Shown: positions 13,196 through 28,100, counted from the stretch's first letter. The stretch is 64,000 nt of DNA from Phoronis australis (GCA_002633005.1 NMRA01000044.1:1097207-1161206); one strand, 5' to 3'. A program made the numbers and translations. The notes: generated from the sequence alone by a model not told the origin.

Positions 13196-16100
13196 CTAGA
13201 AGACGAAATCCAAATGGCGTTGATAGACACGGCAACATATTTATTACATGACACTAGTCACATAACACTTGGTATTACGTGAGTAATCGACTCGTCATTA
13301 GAACTAAAATTTTAGGTCAAGCTTAATCTTTTGCAATAGCCATTTTCCGATACAGCAGACATGGGAAGCTTGCTGCGTTACTAGATGGAGATAGTTTATT
13401 TTGTACACAAATCTTGCAATGACACTCACAGTTCACATACGTGTCACTCGGGGACGGAGATTTTGAAACAACAGAATTCCAAAGTATTTTTTAAATTCTT
13501 GAGCATCATCACGTTATCAAATCCCGATAACTAATTGTTGTTAGGTTTCATGTTCAAACGATTCGCGTACAAAAATCTAAAATCTGACTGTCTTGACCAC
13601 TTGACATATTTGAACTTGGGAAACACAGACATTGCATCGTATTGTATGACGAATATTTCCCACCACGCTGATTGACAAATAATTTTTCACTGATTTAACG
13701 ATTTTTACTGACTTCAAGTGTTTCCGCTGAAACTTTGAAGCATCAACAATCCATGTTTTTCTAACAAATTCCAGAACAACGAAAATAATAAGGAAATATC
13801 CAGCGTGATTAACAGCGCCACCTACTTCCTCCCTCTGTTTCTTCACCAGCTCCATCACGTGGTGCAGCACGTCGTCTATTTTCGTGTCGGTGAGGTCTTC
13901 TTCACGCCCGCTCACTGACAGCGCCTGGTTGAGCGGGAAGAAGTCGTGCTGCTCACGTTTCACCAGATTGCTCACGTGAAACTCCAGCGCCGTGTAGTCG
14001 TTGGGTTTGGTGTCATTGAGATGAATGAAGAAGAATATGTATGACCACATGCTGTGCTCATGACGCACATGATGAGCAAAGCCCTGAAATTACAAAAACA
14101 CTATTTTTATATTGATGTAAAATATAAGTCATTCAGGGGAATATATACTAGGACTTACTTGAGAAAGAAATGTTTCGCCACTGTTCTTGACAAAGTCAGC
14201 AGCAATCCTATGAGTGGTTTGGCAGATAGAGAAGTGGACGTCAGAAATGTAATCAAACATTTTAAAAATGGCCACCAGGTGGTGCACACTACATCAAATC
14301 CGTCCAAAACTGGGAAGGTGTCGTTATCTCAATAGGAACCAATTTGCCAAGTGTCATGGAAACCGTCGAGATACAGTGGCAAACATTAACAACTAAAATT
14401 GCCACTAGGCCTGGGACAGAGCAGTCTGAAACTCGACATCATCGTCTGTTTTCAGCATCACAGAAACACATTTGCCAAATCTCATGATCCTGCAAGGGGT
14501 TTAAGTGATACAGTGAAGCAGATGCCCAGACTGAGGTGACATCAATATGCACCCACATACTAATATGTGTGCTCATAAAAAGAGTACATAGGACCTCACA
14601 ACACGTGTGCATGCATTTAAACCAATCAACATTACAAATTTCAAGTCTCAAATTGTTCCTTCATCAAATTGGAGGTGATTTCAGGGCTTTTGAAGAACTG
14701 GTAGCTCTACTAGCTGACTTGTCATGACGTGTCCTTCAGGGTGCACAGATCGTGATCTCGAGCGATAACGACCTGTCAGTAATTTGCAAACCTAGAAAAT
14801 TGACATCTGGATAAGGAACAAGTCAAAACTAGTTTTCGAGCAGCAAGTGACCTAAGTATGGCGAAAATTCTTGAGTTTGGGACACAATTTGGTGAATTTA
14901 CATTTTGTCAAATTTCTCAACAAAAATAACTTTTCAGGAAAAATTACTTTCATTGCTTATAGCACGGTTTGTATGCTGTAGCTAATAGCAAATGGCATTT
15001 GGTAAAATTTTAAGCATATGCAACAATGTGGTAAGCCTCTGAAAAATAGAAATTTAGCAATTTTAGCAATTATTTTTGTCCCAAATTGAAGAATTTTTAC
15101 CATAAACAGTTCACTTCCTAGACTGGAACACAGGTTTATATGCTGCAGTGCTTCAAAATCTGTTATAGGTGAAGCATCGCAAAGAGACATATCGGCCTAA
15201 TTGCGTGTGCATACCGCGCACCAATCTTTGGTCAGCTACTTTTGGAAAGCTGCATTATTCAAACCAAGGGGTACTCACCAAACCATGATGTTCAAAGTCG
15301 TGACTGCCTCTGTTGCATATGAAGCACGTGTCTCTCATGTCTGACTCGGCTGTCCACTGCAAACCATTGATCATTATCAGTATAGTTCAACGACGCTACA
15401 TCTATTCTATAGCAATAATGTCTGAATAACGTCTGTCAGTTGCATTTTGACCCATTTAACAGGCTAAAAAGCGAAAATTGAATGGGCCTTCACTCTCATA
15501 AAATCAGTCCCATAATATTCCTTATTGCGATAGGATTCTACTAGTAGAGCACAAGACCATATTCGATTTTTGTTTTTAGCTGGCTATAAAAGAGGACAAA
15601 ATGCAGGACTGGTTTAAATAAGAAATGGCTTCCTAAAGCTCGCTTTCACCGACTGGCAGATTCATCAAGTTTTCAGTCATGTGTAATTCATCAAAGCCAG
15701 TACGCCACAGATACAAATCTAGTGCGGTAACAACACTACAAAGTGCGTCACTTAGAAAGGCATCATTGGTCTCACCTTTAAGTCACGCAGCTCTGAGAAT
15801 GTATCCACGATGATACCAAAGATAACGTTCAGACCGATGGTGGTGATGAAAATGAAGAAGGAAATGTGGAAGATGGCGTACAGCGCGAACAAGAAGAACG
15901 TCGCTTGGGTGACGTTAACATTAAGTTTCTACAACAAATTAATACAAATTAATGATTAGAAAAACAGTCCCCATAAGCCGTAAAGCCAATAGAAGCCACG
16001 GGTTTGCTAAATTCAAACGCGCTCAAGGCTAAGTCATGTTTACAGTCTATCGTGAATGGTAACACCAGTAAATTTGATTCCTACCCTATGTTGAGAGCAT

Positions 16101-19100
16101 CGCTCTGGGCCCACCAGAAGCCATAAATTAACAAGTGCAATAAGTTGCTTATTGGCTCGCTTTTGTTTATAAAACACCCTGAGAATCAATTTCAATTCAA
16201 ACAGCTGCAAATAATACCCCCATGCAAGGGATTCTTCTGGAACAGAAATTTGGTGTCACATGAAATCCAAGGCAAAATCTTGTGACAATTTCGTCATGGT
16301 TAAACAAGGAATAATTAATTCCGTTTCAGTGACACAGTAGATAAGCCTTGTAAATAAAATCGTATCAAACGTTATTGCAGGTTGAACGTTACATATTCCA
16401 CTACAGTGTGTTGTTACCATGACAACATAATCAGTCAACTTTTCTCTATGCGTTGCAGTCTATTGTGTACTTTACAAAATCTTAAAATATGGAACTTTCA
16501 TCTACTTAATCGAATACACCGGGGTCTGATGATTTGGAAAACCAAATAAATTTCAGACACTGAGGTTTGACACAGTGTTCCATGCATCAATCAAAAGCTG
16601 CCTACATCAAAGATGTCTCCGACGAGCCCATAACGCATCACCGTCACTGTGCACTGCCACAAGGTGTCACAATATGCCTGGTTGGAGATCGGTAGGAATG
16701 CGCTGCGCATGAAAGCAAAACTGATAAGACCGTAGAGATAGAAGATGACCACGCCGAGGACACCAACCCAAAACAGCGACAGGCCTGAAAAAGAAAATTT
16801 ACCTCTCAAACATTTTATGTGTTAGCAGGACGCTTATCAAACAGCTATTTAGATATAAGTAATAACGGAGTAACAACCACTAATGCCAGGGGCGTTCACA
16901 TATTAAATGATTCCAGAGATTTAATAATGAGTGCGTGGGATTCATGCTGAACCCATCACGCGTTATAAATCAGATGGCAGGTAATACAAAACATATTACC
17001 GTAATTATTCAAAATTTCTGGAAAAACTCCCTTGAAATTATCTTCCAACGTTGTGGACTCCTGCAGGAAAGAGCCAAATGGCTACGCAACGTCGAGAGAA
17101 AATTTCAATTGAGTTTTCCCGCGGTTCAGGTTTAGAATTACGATTTTTGCATCAAATACTTTGCCTGGATGAATGATTACGTCCATCATCTAAGGTGGTT
17201 TGATACTGAGCTGAACGAATATTGTAGGAACAAAGTTAAATTTTCACAAAGCAAAGAGCCTGCACATTTTAAGTAACACCGATAGTAATCTATGAGATTA
17301 TTGAAGATCACAAAAGAAAAAGAGAAACTATTAGTAAGCTTAACGTGCATAACAGAATTTCAAATGGCGATTAACATCTGTTACTTTTCATGATGGGCAA
17401 ATGGTCAAAATTCTTGAAATTTATAATCCACCAGACCTGATAATGAACAAATTCAGTGAACCTATAAAAAATTGACAAAGGTCGGAAATTTGAGACCAGC
17501 ATGTAATTTTCTGTATGGAGCATTTTAAATTTATTTTTCAATTTCCCTTAAAACGGAACTGCTTTGAGATAGTACTGTCAAGTGATTGACAGTCACAATT
17601 CAACTGTTACCATTCTGAGTGACAGCTTTTATGACTCCCTGTAACAGCTGGTTGTTGTTGACGATGTTGATCAGGTGGAAAGCAAAAAAGTAGCCCTCCG
17701 CCTTTGTACCTGCAGCGGACATGGCAACAAACACCTGTAATAATAATCATGACAACAATATTATCACTTATGATTATTAATAAATAATAAACAATTAATA
17801 ATTATAACAAAAGCAACTATAACAAAAACAGTTAATAACAACAATAATAATATGATACACATTTATTTATTTTTATTTTATTTATTTATTTGATATTTAA
17901 AATGAGGGTGGCCTCTTCAGTGATAGCACTGCTTTCCAAGAGGGCCCTCAATCTCTATAAACTGAGAAAACTTGGTAGTAAGAATCACAAATACGAACAG
18001 CGCTGTCATTCACAAAATGCTCCTATTTTTGCGATACCTTTCAACTGACAAAGCTTTGAATGTGTTCTAGATCTCGGGAAAACAAAGTAAAGAGTATGTA
18101 TAAGTCGTGACGTACTAAGTAATACAGTGTGGTGAAGCTAAAGAGATTGATGTCCAGCTTGGAGACGTCTTCATCATCATCATCATCATCGTCGTCGTCA
18201 TCATCCTCAAGTTCTTGAACAGTGTTTTCTTTGTTACGAAACCGGCTGAAATGTTTAAATATAAATTAAATATTTAAGTTATCAATTTAACATTTCTCAT
18301 TTTTGATGAAGCACCACAGGATTTAGTAAAAAATGTTGCACTAAACTCTTTAATATGACCACGTTTCCATGGAAATTATCAACCAAAGTACGAAACTATT
18401 ATTAACAACACGAGGGTTAGGTTTTGTCTTCCTGTGCTGCAAAATCTCATCAGGACACAATAAGGCTGACAAGCAAAATTTCATTTTTTCATAAAAGATT
18501 AGTATAAACATCAAAATAAATGCAATATGATTTTTAAAGCATTATACTAACAGCCACAATCAGACAAAAATTCTGAGAAATTGTGGACATTCATAACAAA
18601 GTCAAAAGCCTTTCAAAAATGGAAAAAACAATTTTGGCAATAATTATAGCAGCAAAAAACAAAAATTTTTGCAATTCTAGTCAGTTACAAAAACTAAAGA
18701 CTAAGTACCGTTTCAGTTTCCGAATCCAGCCAAAATTTGGTAGCCGTGGATGATTCGACAGGAAGTAACTGATGAGAACAAAGAGGGAGAACAGATTGTG
18801 AGCTCCGCCCAATCCAAGGATCCAGAACTGGTAACCAGGTACTGAGGATGTCACAGGCCAGGGGCTGAAACATTGTGTAATAAATAAGAATTGGTTAAAT
18901 CAGGTACTGAGGATGTCACAGGCCAGGGGCTGAAACATTGTGTAATAAATAAGAATTGGTTAAATCAGGTACTGAGGATGTCACAGGCAAGGGATTGAAA
19001 CATTGTGTAATGATTAGAATTGGTAGTCACGCAGACCTGTGTACCACCAAAACTGCATTTGAGTATTTTGGACAACAGCTTTACATACTTTTCAGTAAAT

Positions 19101-22100
19101 TTGCCAATTTTCATGTAGAGACCAAACCTTGAAAATTCAAACTTTTCAGCATGTTGGCATATTGACACTGTGTTTAGTTCAACTTTTCACAGATAAAATT
19201 AATTAATGATTTGACCGACAATTTCCAGAATTCTCCACTGCTCTCCCATAAATATAACATGCAATGTGACATGAATACAAAATACTGAGTAACACGTATA
19301 AATACTATGTAAGGCTAAAACTACCATACTTGGTACTGATTTGTCCCCGACTCATTTTGAAACTTGCATAATAACACAAGGAGGTGTCAAGACAGATGAG
19401 CAGAAGAAAGCGCCATCTGTGAGTCTAGTCATAGTTCACACCAATCACATGGGTTCACATGCATGCCATCCCCTGCTAAGTACTTTAATAACAAAGCTAT
19501 ACTTTGTCTCTACTCACTCAGCCACAGAGTTTGGTAGTACAGTTGGTGAAGAGGCGTTCTTTTCGATGTCCATCATGGTCGGATGGCGTGCCTCCCAGGA
19601 GATCAACATCAGAATGTTGATAGCTAAACTCAGCAGTATACAAGCATAGTTCCACACCAACCTGGACGGAAAAGTTATTTTAGTGTTTATTACGAAAAAT
19701 GCAATGTACAATAATCAGTGTTAAGACCAGAAATCACTAAGAAAGCATTATATTTGGGCAGAAGAGTAGTCAGATGACAATGTGATATAATCGTATATAC
19801 AATACCCATTCCAGGCAGTGCTATTCAGAATTAACAGGGGTAATAAAACAATTACATTCTCAGCCAGGATCACAAACCCTTTGTTGTGTTTACTTACGCA
19901 GGCCAACTGGAACACTTGTATGACTAAGAGCAAGGCTCACAAAAATTGCCTGCATATCAATTTCGATTGTGTGGTAATGACGCCTATGATTTACAAAGGT
20001 CTGTAAAATTCTATGCCGCTATGCGAACTAGTTACTCCCTCCAAGCCCAAAAAGCCAGGGAATGGTCATTAAATTTAGGCAAATAGGCTGTGCAGGGAGG
20101 TCTGATCACCAAATTATAAAGCCAACAGGAAAAAATATTTCCGCTGATTACAGGCAAGATGATGGGAAGCAAAGAATTTGATGCAAAAATCCCAGTTGAA
20201 ACTGATTATACTCTTGCAGGGTCTGATGGGGAGACTCCTTTGACCAAGAGACAGTTTGTTAAAAGAGCTTGTACACCTCTTCACTAACAATGAATGTTAA
20301 CTTTAATTCTTTTTAATATATAAAATTGATGATACACCAAAGCCAGACAAGACTTACTAGTTCAATTTTGTATCGACATGGTTCCTTCTGAATCCATAAA
20401 TTCCTTCTTTACATTTCAGTTGACAAACCTGAGTTTATGAAAACATTCAACTAAATTCAGAAACAGTAAACATATCGTTGTCCAATTCCAGCAAATGAAA
20501 TCTCTCACCAGAACTTTGTAAAGAAGACGGCTAGAGGGTTGCGGAGGATTTTACGCTGGAAGTAGATGTCTTTAAGGATGTCTTTAGACCACTGCATCAA
20601 GTCACGGATTTTGTTGCTAGGAGACGATCGGTCGACTTCCCACTTCAACTTTTCCTTAACTTCCTCTCGCAGCACATTCTGGAAATTTTGGAGATTTTTA
20701 TTAACTGCACTTTGTAGCACAACTACTCGACAGCATTTGTTAAAGCAGCATTACACCGATGTTTAACTATCAATGTTGAATTCTTAGCATTAAGCACTTT
20801 GGGGGTTGAGCGTAGTAGTGCTTTAAAAAACATTACCGCGCTCATATGACTTTGAATTACTGCTGAATGAGTCGACAACATGTCATGGGTAATGTGTACA
20901 AATCCACAACAGGGTCGGGCAACCCCAATAAACTCTAAAGCAATATTCCTAAGTCGCTGAATCAAAAGTTCTTGTGAGCAACAAAAATAACTGTTCTTAT
21001 CACGGCGAGCAGTATTATGGAGCCAATCTATGAAATCACCTGATTTGATTTAAATTTGTTGTTTGACCAGCTAAAGAGCAAAATGCAGATTTAAGAAGAA
21101 TTACTTGATGAAGTAATAATAAAATTAAATATTTATTATACTCTTGTTGGTCATAATGGACCAGTTATTTCACCCATCTCGCTCACAAAGTCTTGCCATC
21201 ACAAAGAGCACTTTATTAGTCTGAATATGTAGCTAACGAGCATAAATTTTCAAGATAGGAAAAGAACCCCAAATGCACCAATTCAACGTTTCATCCAATA
21301 CTAAATTCTGGTGGTCATAATTAAAGACGATGGAATGTAATTCATTCACAGAACTTAGTGATGTTAGACTGTTGTACATGAATCATTTGAATATATTGGG
21401 GTGGTGATCTGACATCATGGTGACAGCAGAAAATTATAAGTGCTAAGAAATTGCAGATTACAATCTCCATTAGAGTGCAAGTTTCGACACAAAAATACTC
21501 TAACGCCATCTACTGACCCAACAAACTTCAACATAATATCCCTACATCGGAAGTTCGCTTATTAGCATTTAACATAACAAGAACAGCAAAATAAAAAATT
21601 AACATTCTTTGTCAATTTATTACACAAAATATGTACAAAATTTGTTAAGAACTAAGCCCCTGTGCTACAAACAGTTGACAGTAATTTTCAAGTTTACTAA
21701 AAAAAAACATTCTATGTCCTGTAAGAAATAGTCAATAAAACCACCAGGTGGCGTGCCATACCTTGTTTGTGACCCTAAAGTGCACTTTCTGAAGATAACC
21801 ATCTTTCATGACCTCCACTGACAGAGAGTACTTCTGGAAGTATTTATAAGCCTGCATCTGTTCAACAGTCAGCTTCAGCTCTGGAACATAGAGAGAGAGA
21901 CACAGAGTTTACATACTAGACACCAAGACATGTGCTATCCCATAATTTATGTATTATATCCCATAATTTATGAATTCTACCTTATAATTCAACTTTCCAA
22001 CCACACCAACCAATTGGTACACTGGCCTCCATTTCATTTAGGTCACACTAGTAATATCTCAAGAATACTCTGGGAAACATTCGCTTTTCACTCGCATGAT

Positions 22101-25100
22101 TTTGGGTGATCTGAATTTTCGTGCAAGAAAACTAATTGTTCTATGGAATGCTATGCTGGTTTTTAACAGAAATATTGTATACTAAGAACTTCTGGAATCA
22201 CTTTATCCTTGTAATCAGACTGTATCAGTCTATAAATTTAGCACGAAAAGGTACACAGTCCTCATTGTTATCATACAATAGCCCACCGTAAACTCACCAT
22301 GAGTGTAATAGTTCGGCGACTCTATGTCGTTGAATCGAGCGATAGTCAGATAGTAACCAAACCCAACATCAAACAAGTGATCCTTCAGCTCGTTGGTTTT
22401 TGAACTGTCCTGAAACAAACAATCATGGATCAATGTAAAAATTCATGCAAATTAGAGACCCTGTGGCAATAGTCTGATATAACGTGTCCGCATTTTGAGA
22501 ACCAGTTGATGCCCGTTGGTAAGTGGAGAAACTGGTTATCAAAATGTGGACGCGACGTTATATTTGACAACTACTGACTCTGCAAGACCTTAAAATACCA
22601 CAAATTGTTTCCATTATTTTTTTTGAAAATTCCTGCAGTGGCGCAGCATTTTGCCAAGTTAGGTGGACATATTTCCAATAGCTAAAGTCACGTGATGCCC
22701 TCTGAAATGAATGGGAACTGTTTCATTTTGGACTACAGATCTGTAAAGTACAAATTTTCTGAAAGTAAAAAGCTTTTAAACTTAATGTTTACTTTTATAC
22801 CAATACGTCTTTAAATTGGCCAAGTGACCGTAATCTTTTTTAGTAAAATTTAGCAAATCAATGGTATCAACTCAGTTGTCAAATTTCGTTTGATTTAAAA
22901 TTAATGTTCAAGAAGAAATCTTAAAAACGCAGTAAAAATTTACAGTTTTCTATAGTACCCATTTCATTTTTGTTTCATGCAACTCTAGAAAAATCCTAAG
23001 TCATATTATTTATGCAAAATCGGAGCATTTTGAGACAATTCCTCGCAGCGTTTTGGAAAACAACAAAGCCAGCATGTGAAAGCTGCATTTGAATCCGATC
23101 AATCGTTTCTGAGAAACAATGCTCTAAGGTTAACTAAATTTGAACATTTAGTTTTTCTAGGGTCCTACATCATCCACACACTTAGATTAAAACAGCTTCA
23201 AATTTGATGTTCAATCGCATGTAAACCCGGCAATAAAATGTCATACCATCATGTCTTTCAATAGGCCAGCACCAGCCTGAGCTATGTTCTTTGCCTTGCC
23301 CTTGATATTCTTGGTGTTAGTCACTGACTTGGTTGACTGGGGCTAAAAATGTACGGTAAACTATTAATTTACTGATCAGCGTAAAAGGGAAGCATCTACC
23401 ATGTGATAGTATAATTTACCATTATGTTAAACATACACAAAGTATGTGCCGTCATGTAAAAGGTAAGAAAGTTTTAGTAATATTACCATACAAAAGGTCG
23501 GGAAAGTATTGACCACCATGTAAATAGCAAGGAAATTACTTACCATCACGCCAAAGGTGAATAAAGTATTTACCATTATCAAAGGTACAAATTAGTCTTC
23601 ATAGGTATACCAGAAATTTCTGGCTACTAGAATGCTTTCTTCCACAGAATGAAACCATAAAAGTAGAATACGTGCAATTTGCTGAGACTCGTCTGCATGC
23701 TTGTGACCTATTATTTGTTGATTTTTGTTTTATTTGTATCGTATTATTTATTTAATTTTTGTCATTTTTTTGAGATTAGACGTCCTACCACAATAGCCTG
23801 ATGGCATTCAGTCATCACTCGGATCAAGGCGTCTCTGTCGATGGTATCCTTAACTTCCTTAGCCACCAGTTGGGGCTCCGGACCATTCTCTTCGACCAAT
23901 GAGTGGAGTAACGTGGATATCACCTTGCGAAGCTCCAGTTGCTGAAAAAAGACAGCAAATCAAATTGGGAAAATGTGGAATTGCCGTTTCAAACAAGATT
24001 TTAGGTTAAAAAAGACACTTTAGTGCATTTGACGAAATAGTTAATCTTTCAAGAGAGCTACGTCAACATTAAGTTTTTAAACTTCCTCTTATAAATTGTA
24101 CTGGTGCTGGCTGAATGTCACGCATTCCAATTTTGCAGACAAGTTCAATACTCGTAGACGGAGGAGACTTTCAAGCTGATTTGCAGAGGAATAACGAAAA
24201 TGGGGTTTGTGTACATTAATATGACGAAAGAAGATGTCAACTAAATATCAAATAAAATCTGCATGATGTTTAACAACACAATATTTGCTGGTAAAAGTTA
24301 CATTTAGTCGCGCAATAGTTACCTTATCCCAGGGACAGTCCTTGTATTTGCCTGCCCTCAGAATAAAGTTCATGTAGTCGATAATCTTGTTGTCTAACAT
24401 GACCACACGGTTGGGCTGGTTACCCTACAACACGAGACAGGAGTGATAACACACAGCGGCATGATCAACGATGTTAGTTGTGAATTCAGATGTTTAGTGG
24501 TGACGTATCTGTCACTATTGTGACGTGATTTGGACCCACGAAAAGGAATAGAAATGCCCACTCAGTCATATAAAATTTTCAATAATTTTGCTGGTCTTGG
24601 ATTTGTTTTCGATTCAGGTAACAAAGGGAAGCAATTTAGCACTTGAAATTTTTACAAAATTATGTGTTTGGATTGTTCAGTGCCGTCTGACAATAGTTTT
24701 ACGCACTATATGCTCCCGGGAAGTTTAAAACGATTACGATTGCCCAGGTGCATGGCCAGGTAATAATTTTTGAAGTGCTTAGTAACTTCCATAGCTACGT
24801 AAATCGAGCCTAATCATTATTATTGTTTTTAATTTTGGCATTTTAATTTTGTTGTACTGGGTCCTCAATGTCAAAATGACGTCGTTCTAAACAAGCGAAT
24901 TACATTTTGGGCTAATTTCATCAACTAAAAGCAGTGTCGTGAATACTCATTCATTTGATCAGGATCCAGATATAACGTGTATCCACTTGATCCATGACAG
25001 TCACACTGTGGATTTTTGCAAGGATTCGACTGGTTTGCAGAGAAAATTTCTCAGAGTGATTACTGAGCGACAAAATAGTAGATTGCAACTTTTTAAATGA

Positions 25101-28100
25101 AAATGCAGAATCTAGGACATAATCACCAACATACGACCAAATCTTAGCTCTGGCAAAGAGAACAACGTTTAGATGAAACAATCCTTCATATTTAAGAACT
25201 ACCTAAGAGTAAAAAATTGCCAGTTTGGGACAGTCTCTGAAATTTGCAACATGGAATTTCAAGCAGAAAATGATTTTTTTATTCTAAAGACTGATACATG
25301 GTGGATCATGTTTATCAAACTTGGGACACTGCATTTGTGTATCAACAGAATCTATAATTGTCAAAAATAGCTACTAACGAAACTTTTTCATGTGTCCTCG
25401 CAGTGTGCCCTATCAAGGAGCATGATCATTTTTAATTGATGGTAATTTGTGAATTTGTGACGGCCAATGTTGTCTATTTCTAAAGTTTGGTACAAGTTCT
25501 GACCTTGCGCAAAATACTTAATTTTTGCAGTCCCAAACTGGAGAATTTTCACCGTAATCCCAACGTGTTGTATAAGAAGATGTCCCAACTGCAACGAGTA
25601 GACCTAAGACAGACACGAGAAAAGGTAGTGTAATTATGTCCTTAGATTGTAATGCATGGTGATATCTCACAGTCTTGCTTGATCTTGCGTCAATGGTAAA
25701 TAATAAAACAACTATGGATTAGATAAATGAAAAGTTGAAGCAAATCTCAAAAATGAAAGGATCTGATGCAAATTGCTCGACTGACAGCTTAACTATAAAA
25801 ATTGTGCGAACAAATTGAATTGCAGACAAACAATCCCTGTGAACTACTTGACATGTAGACAGACAATCCCTCTGAACTACTTGATTTGCATACAAACAAT
25901 CCCTTGAACAACTTGAACTGCAGACAAACAATCCCTGTGAACTACTTACGGACACAAATTCGTTGAGCGTCTCAAAGATCTGTATGACCAAATCTATAGT
26001 GGAGGAACTGATGTTGGAATAGAGCACACTCATGAACTGGCAAGTCTCAGCCACAATGTTAATAGTCTTGATGTTGTCAGGTTGATCGCGGAGATAATTC
26101 TGGAAATTAATAATCATACGTGTGGTTCGCTACCAATAGTTTTCCTGGAACGTATCCACACCATGGCTGATACGAATGACTGTCATCGGACCATGTGTCA
26201 TTTTTTGTTACACGGAGTGACTAAAACTTTGTGAAGAAACGCATGCTGTCATGTGACACATGCCATTGGTCAAATGGAACAAGCTTTTTAATCTTGAATT
26301 AATACAATTTTACCAACTGCCAAAATAATAACTTAGCACCACTTTGAACGCTGCATTTTTGGTTCGTTGGAATATTTTACTAACTGCTATAAAAGGTTAT
26401 TTGAATTGTTTAAATTTTAGCCAATTTCTATAAAATGAAACTAATTAAAACAACAAATCCTCATGGCAAAATACGATATTAATTAGCCAGGTAGGTTTTT
26501 GTCCAGAAGACATTATGTCCATCTATTTCAAGCCTTATTATGTGTCTGAGTCCTTTCATTGGCCCTACCTGAATGCTGGAGTTCTGTCCATCACACATGG
26601 CAGCCAACACTCGCAGTACCAAACAGATGTTCCCCTCATCTTTGTACTCCAAACCCGTAAGAACATCGTCTTCATCATCACCTACACCAACCGTTGGTCG
26701 AAGGTTGTTTGCACCCTAAATAAACAGATCACAGCTTAAAGACCCATTCATTCTGTCTTGCACAAGTTTCAAAAAGATGATAAGATTTTTATGCACAAAT
26801 GAATTTAAAGAACTAGTTTTGTCACGTATCAAAAACAAATTTCGATTCAGGCAACTTTTTATTATAAGTAAAAGCCTCAGCTTGCTTCTTAGTAAGTGCT
26901 TTCTGGGTTTGGGAATAACTGACAGTCAATCACATTAATTGTTATTGGCCATAATATAAGTACAAAGTTCAAAATCAGCGCATATGTAAACGACATACAT
27001 GATCAAAGTTTCGGATTATTGTCTGTAAACCATTCTCAAGAAAAAAAGACAAAAGTTCACGATATTCCAATCAGGTGACTAAGGTGAAGATCAGACTGTA
27101 CAGGTACAGTCAGTGGTCACTGCTTGAAACCTGAGTCACTTAGTTAACTTGACCCAGATGGTCATTCCGTGCCCCAAATATGGTCGGAAGTGTAATAATG
27201 TGATGTCAGTTCCCTCTAAGCTCAGAATCACTTCCAGTCCGAGTCATGAAAGAACAATTTGAGACTAGTTTTAAATAAAATGTGTCCTAAATCATGCTAT
27301 TTTTTACGGAAGAGAGAGTTACAGTACACAACTAATCTTTAAAAAAGGGTTAAGAATTTGAAAAGCGGCTTCGGCAAACTCCATAATTTCTACTCAACAC
27401 CAAAATTAGACTTAAACGGCACTAAATCTCCATGTAGCCAGACACATATATGTGTGTATGCATGCCCTTGTTTTTCTTCAGCAATTAACCCCACCACAAC
27501 ACAACCGACGCCATACCTCCACCTTGATTTCCATCAATTCATGTTCTTTGGCTTTGTTGTCAATAGCTGTATACATGTCGTGTATGCCGCCATTACTCAG
27601 TTTCTGGATAAGTGTTTGGTGTTGGCTCTTCTCAGGAGGCGAGGGTGCAGACAGCAGCGACATCTTGGACTCTGAACAAAATCAAAAGACGGTAAAATAT
27701 CACCAATTTCGGACAAAACTAATTGCCAAAATTGCACAATTTTTGCTTTTCAAGGGCTCTAAGATTGTACAGTACTGTTGTGATTTTTTGTTGGTAACTA
27801 TGGCACAAAATTTGGATATAGCAAAGTACCATATTGCTGCTGTATATCAATTACGGAAAAGTGAGAAAATAAATTTCACTTGTCCGCCATATCGAGCGTT
27901 TAATTGGTGAGATTTCACAGAAATTGGCTTTCAAACTACACCTGTAGTTCTGAAAAATTGAATTGTACAATAATTTGTAACGGGAAAAGATGATATAGTA
28001 TGTAAAACATGTGTATTATTGTGACAGCAGATTCAGTTGGTAGAAGAAACACTTTTTGTCTAAATTTATTAATTTATTAATTTCTAGGGTCTGCTTCTTC

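Noticed and set aside
13577-13825. C-terminal extension of ORF 13577-14068 with an extra hydrophobic stretch
   Set aside because: Lies past a good donor (GAA|gtaggt); a better terminal exon exists at 12992-13195.
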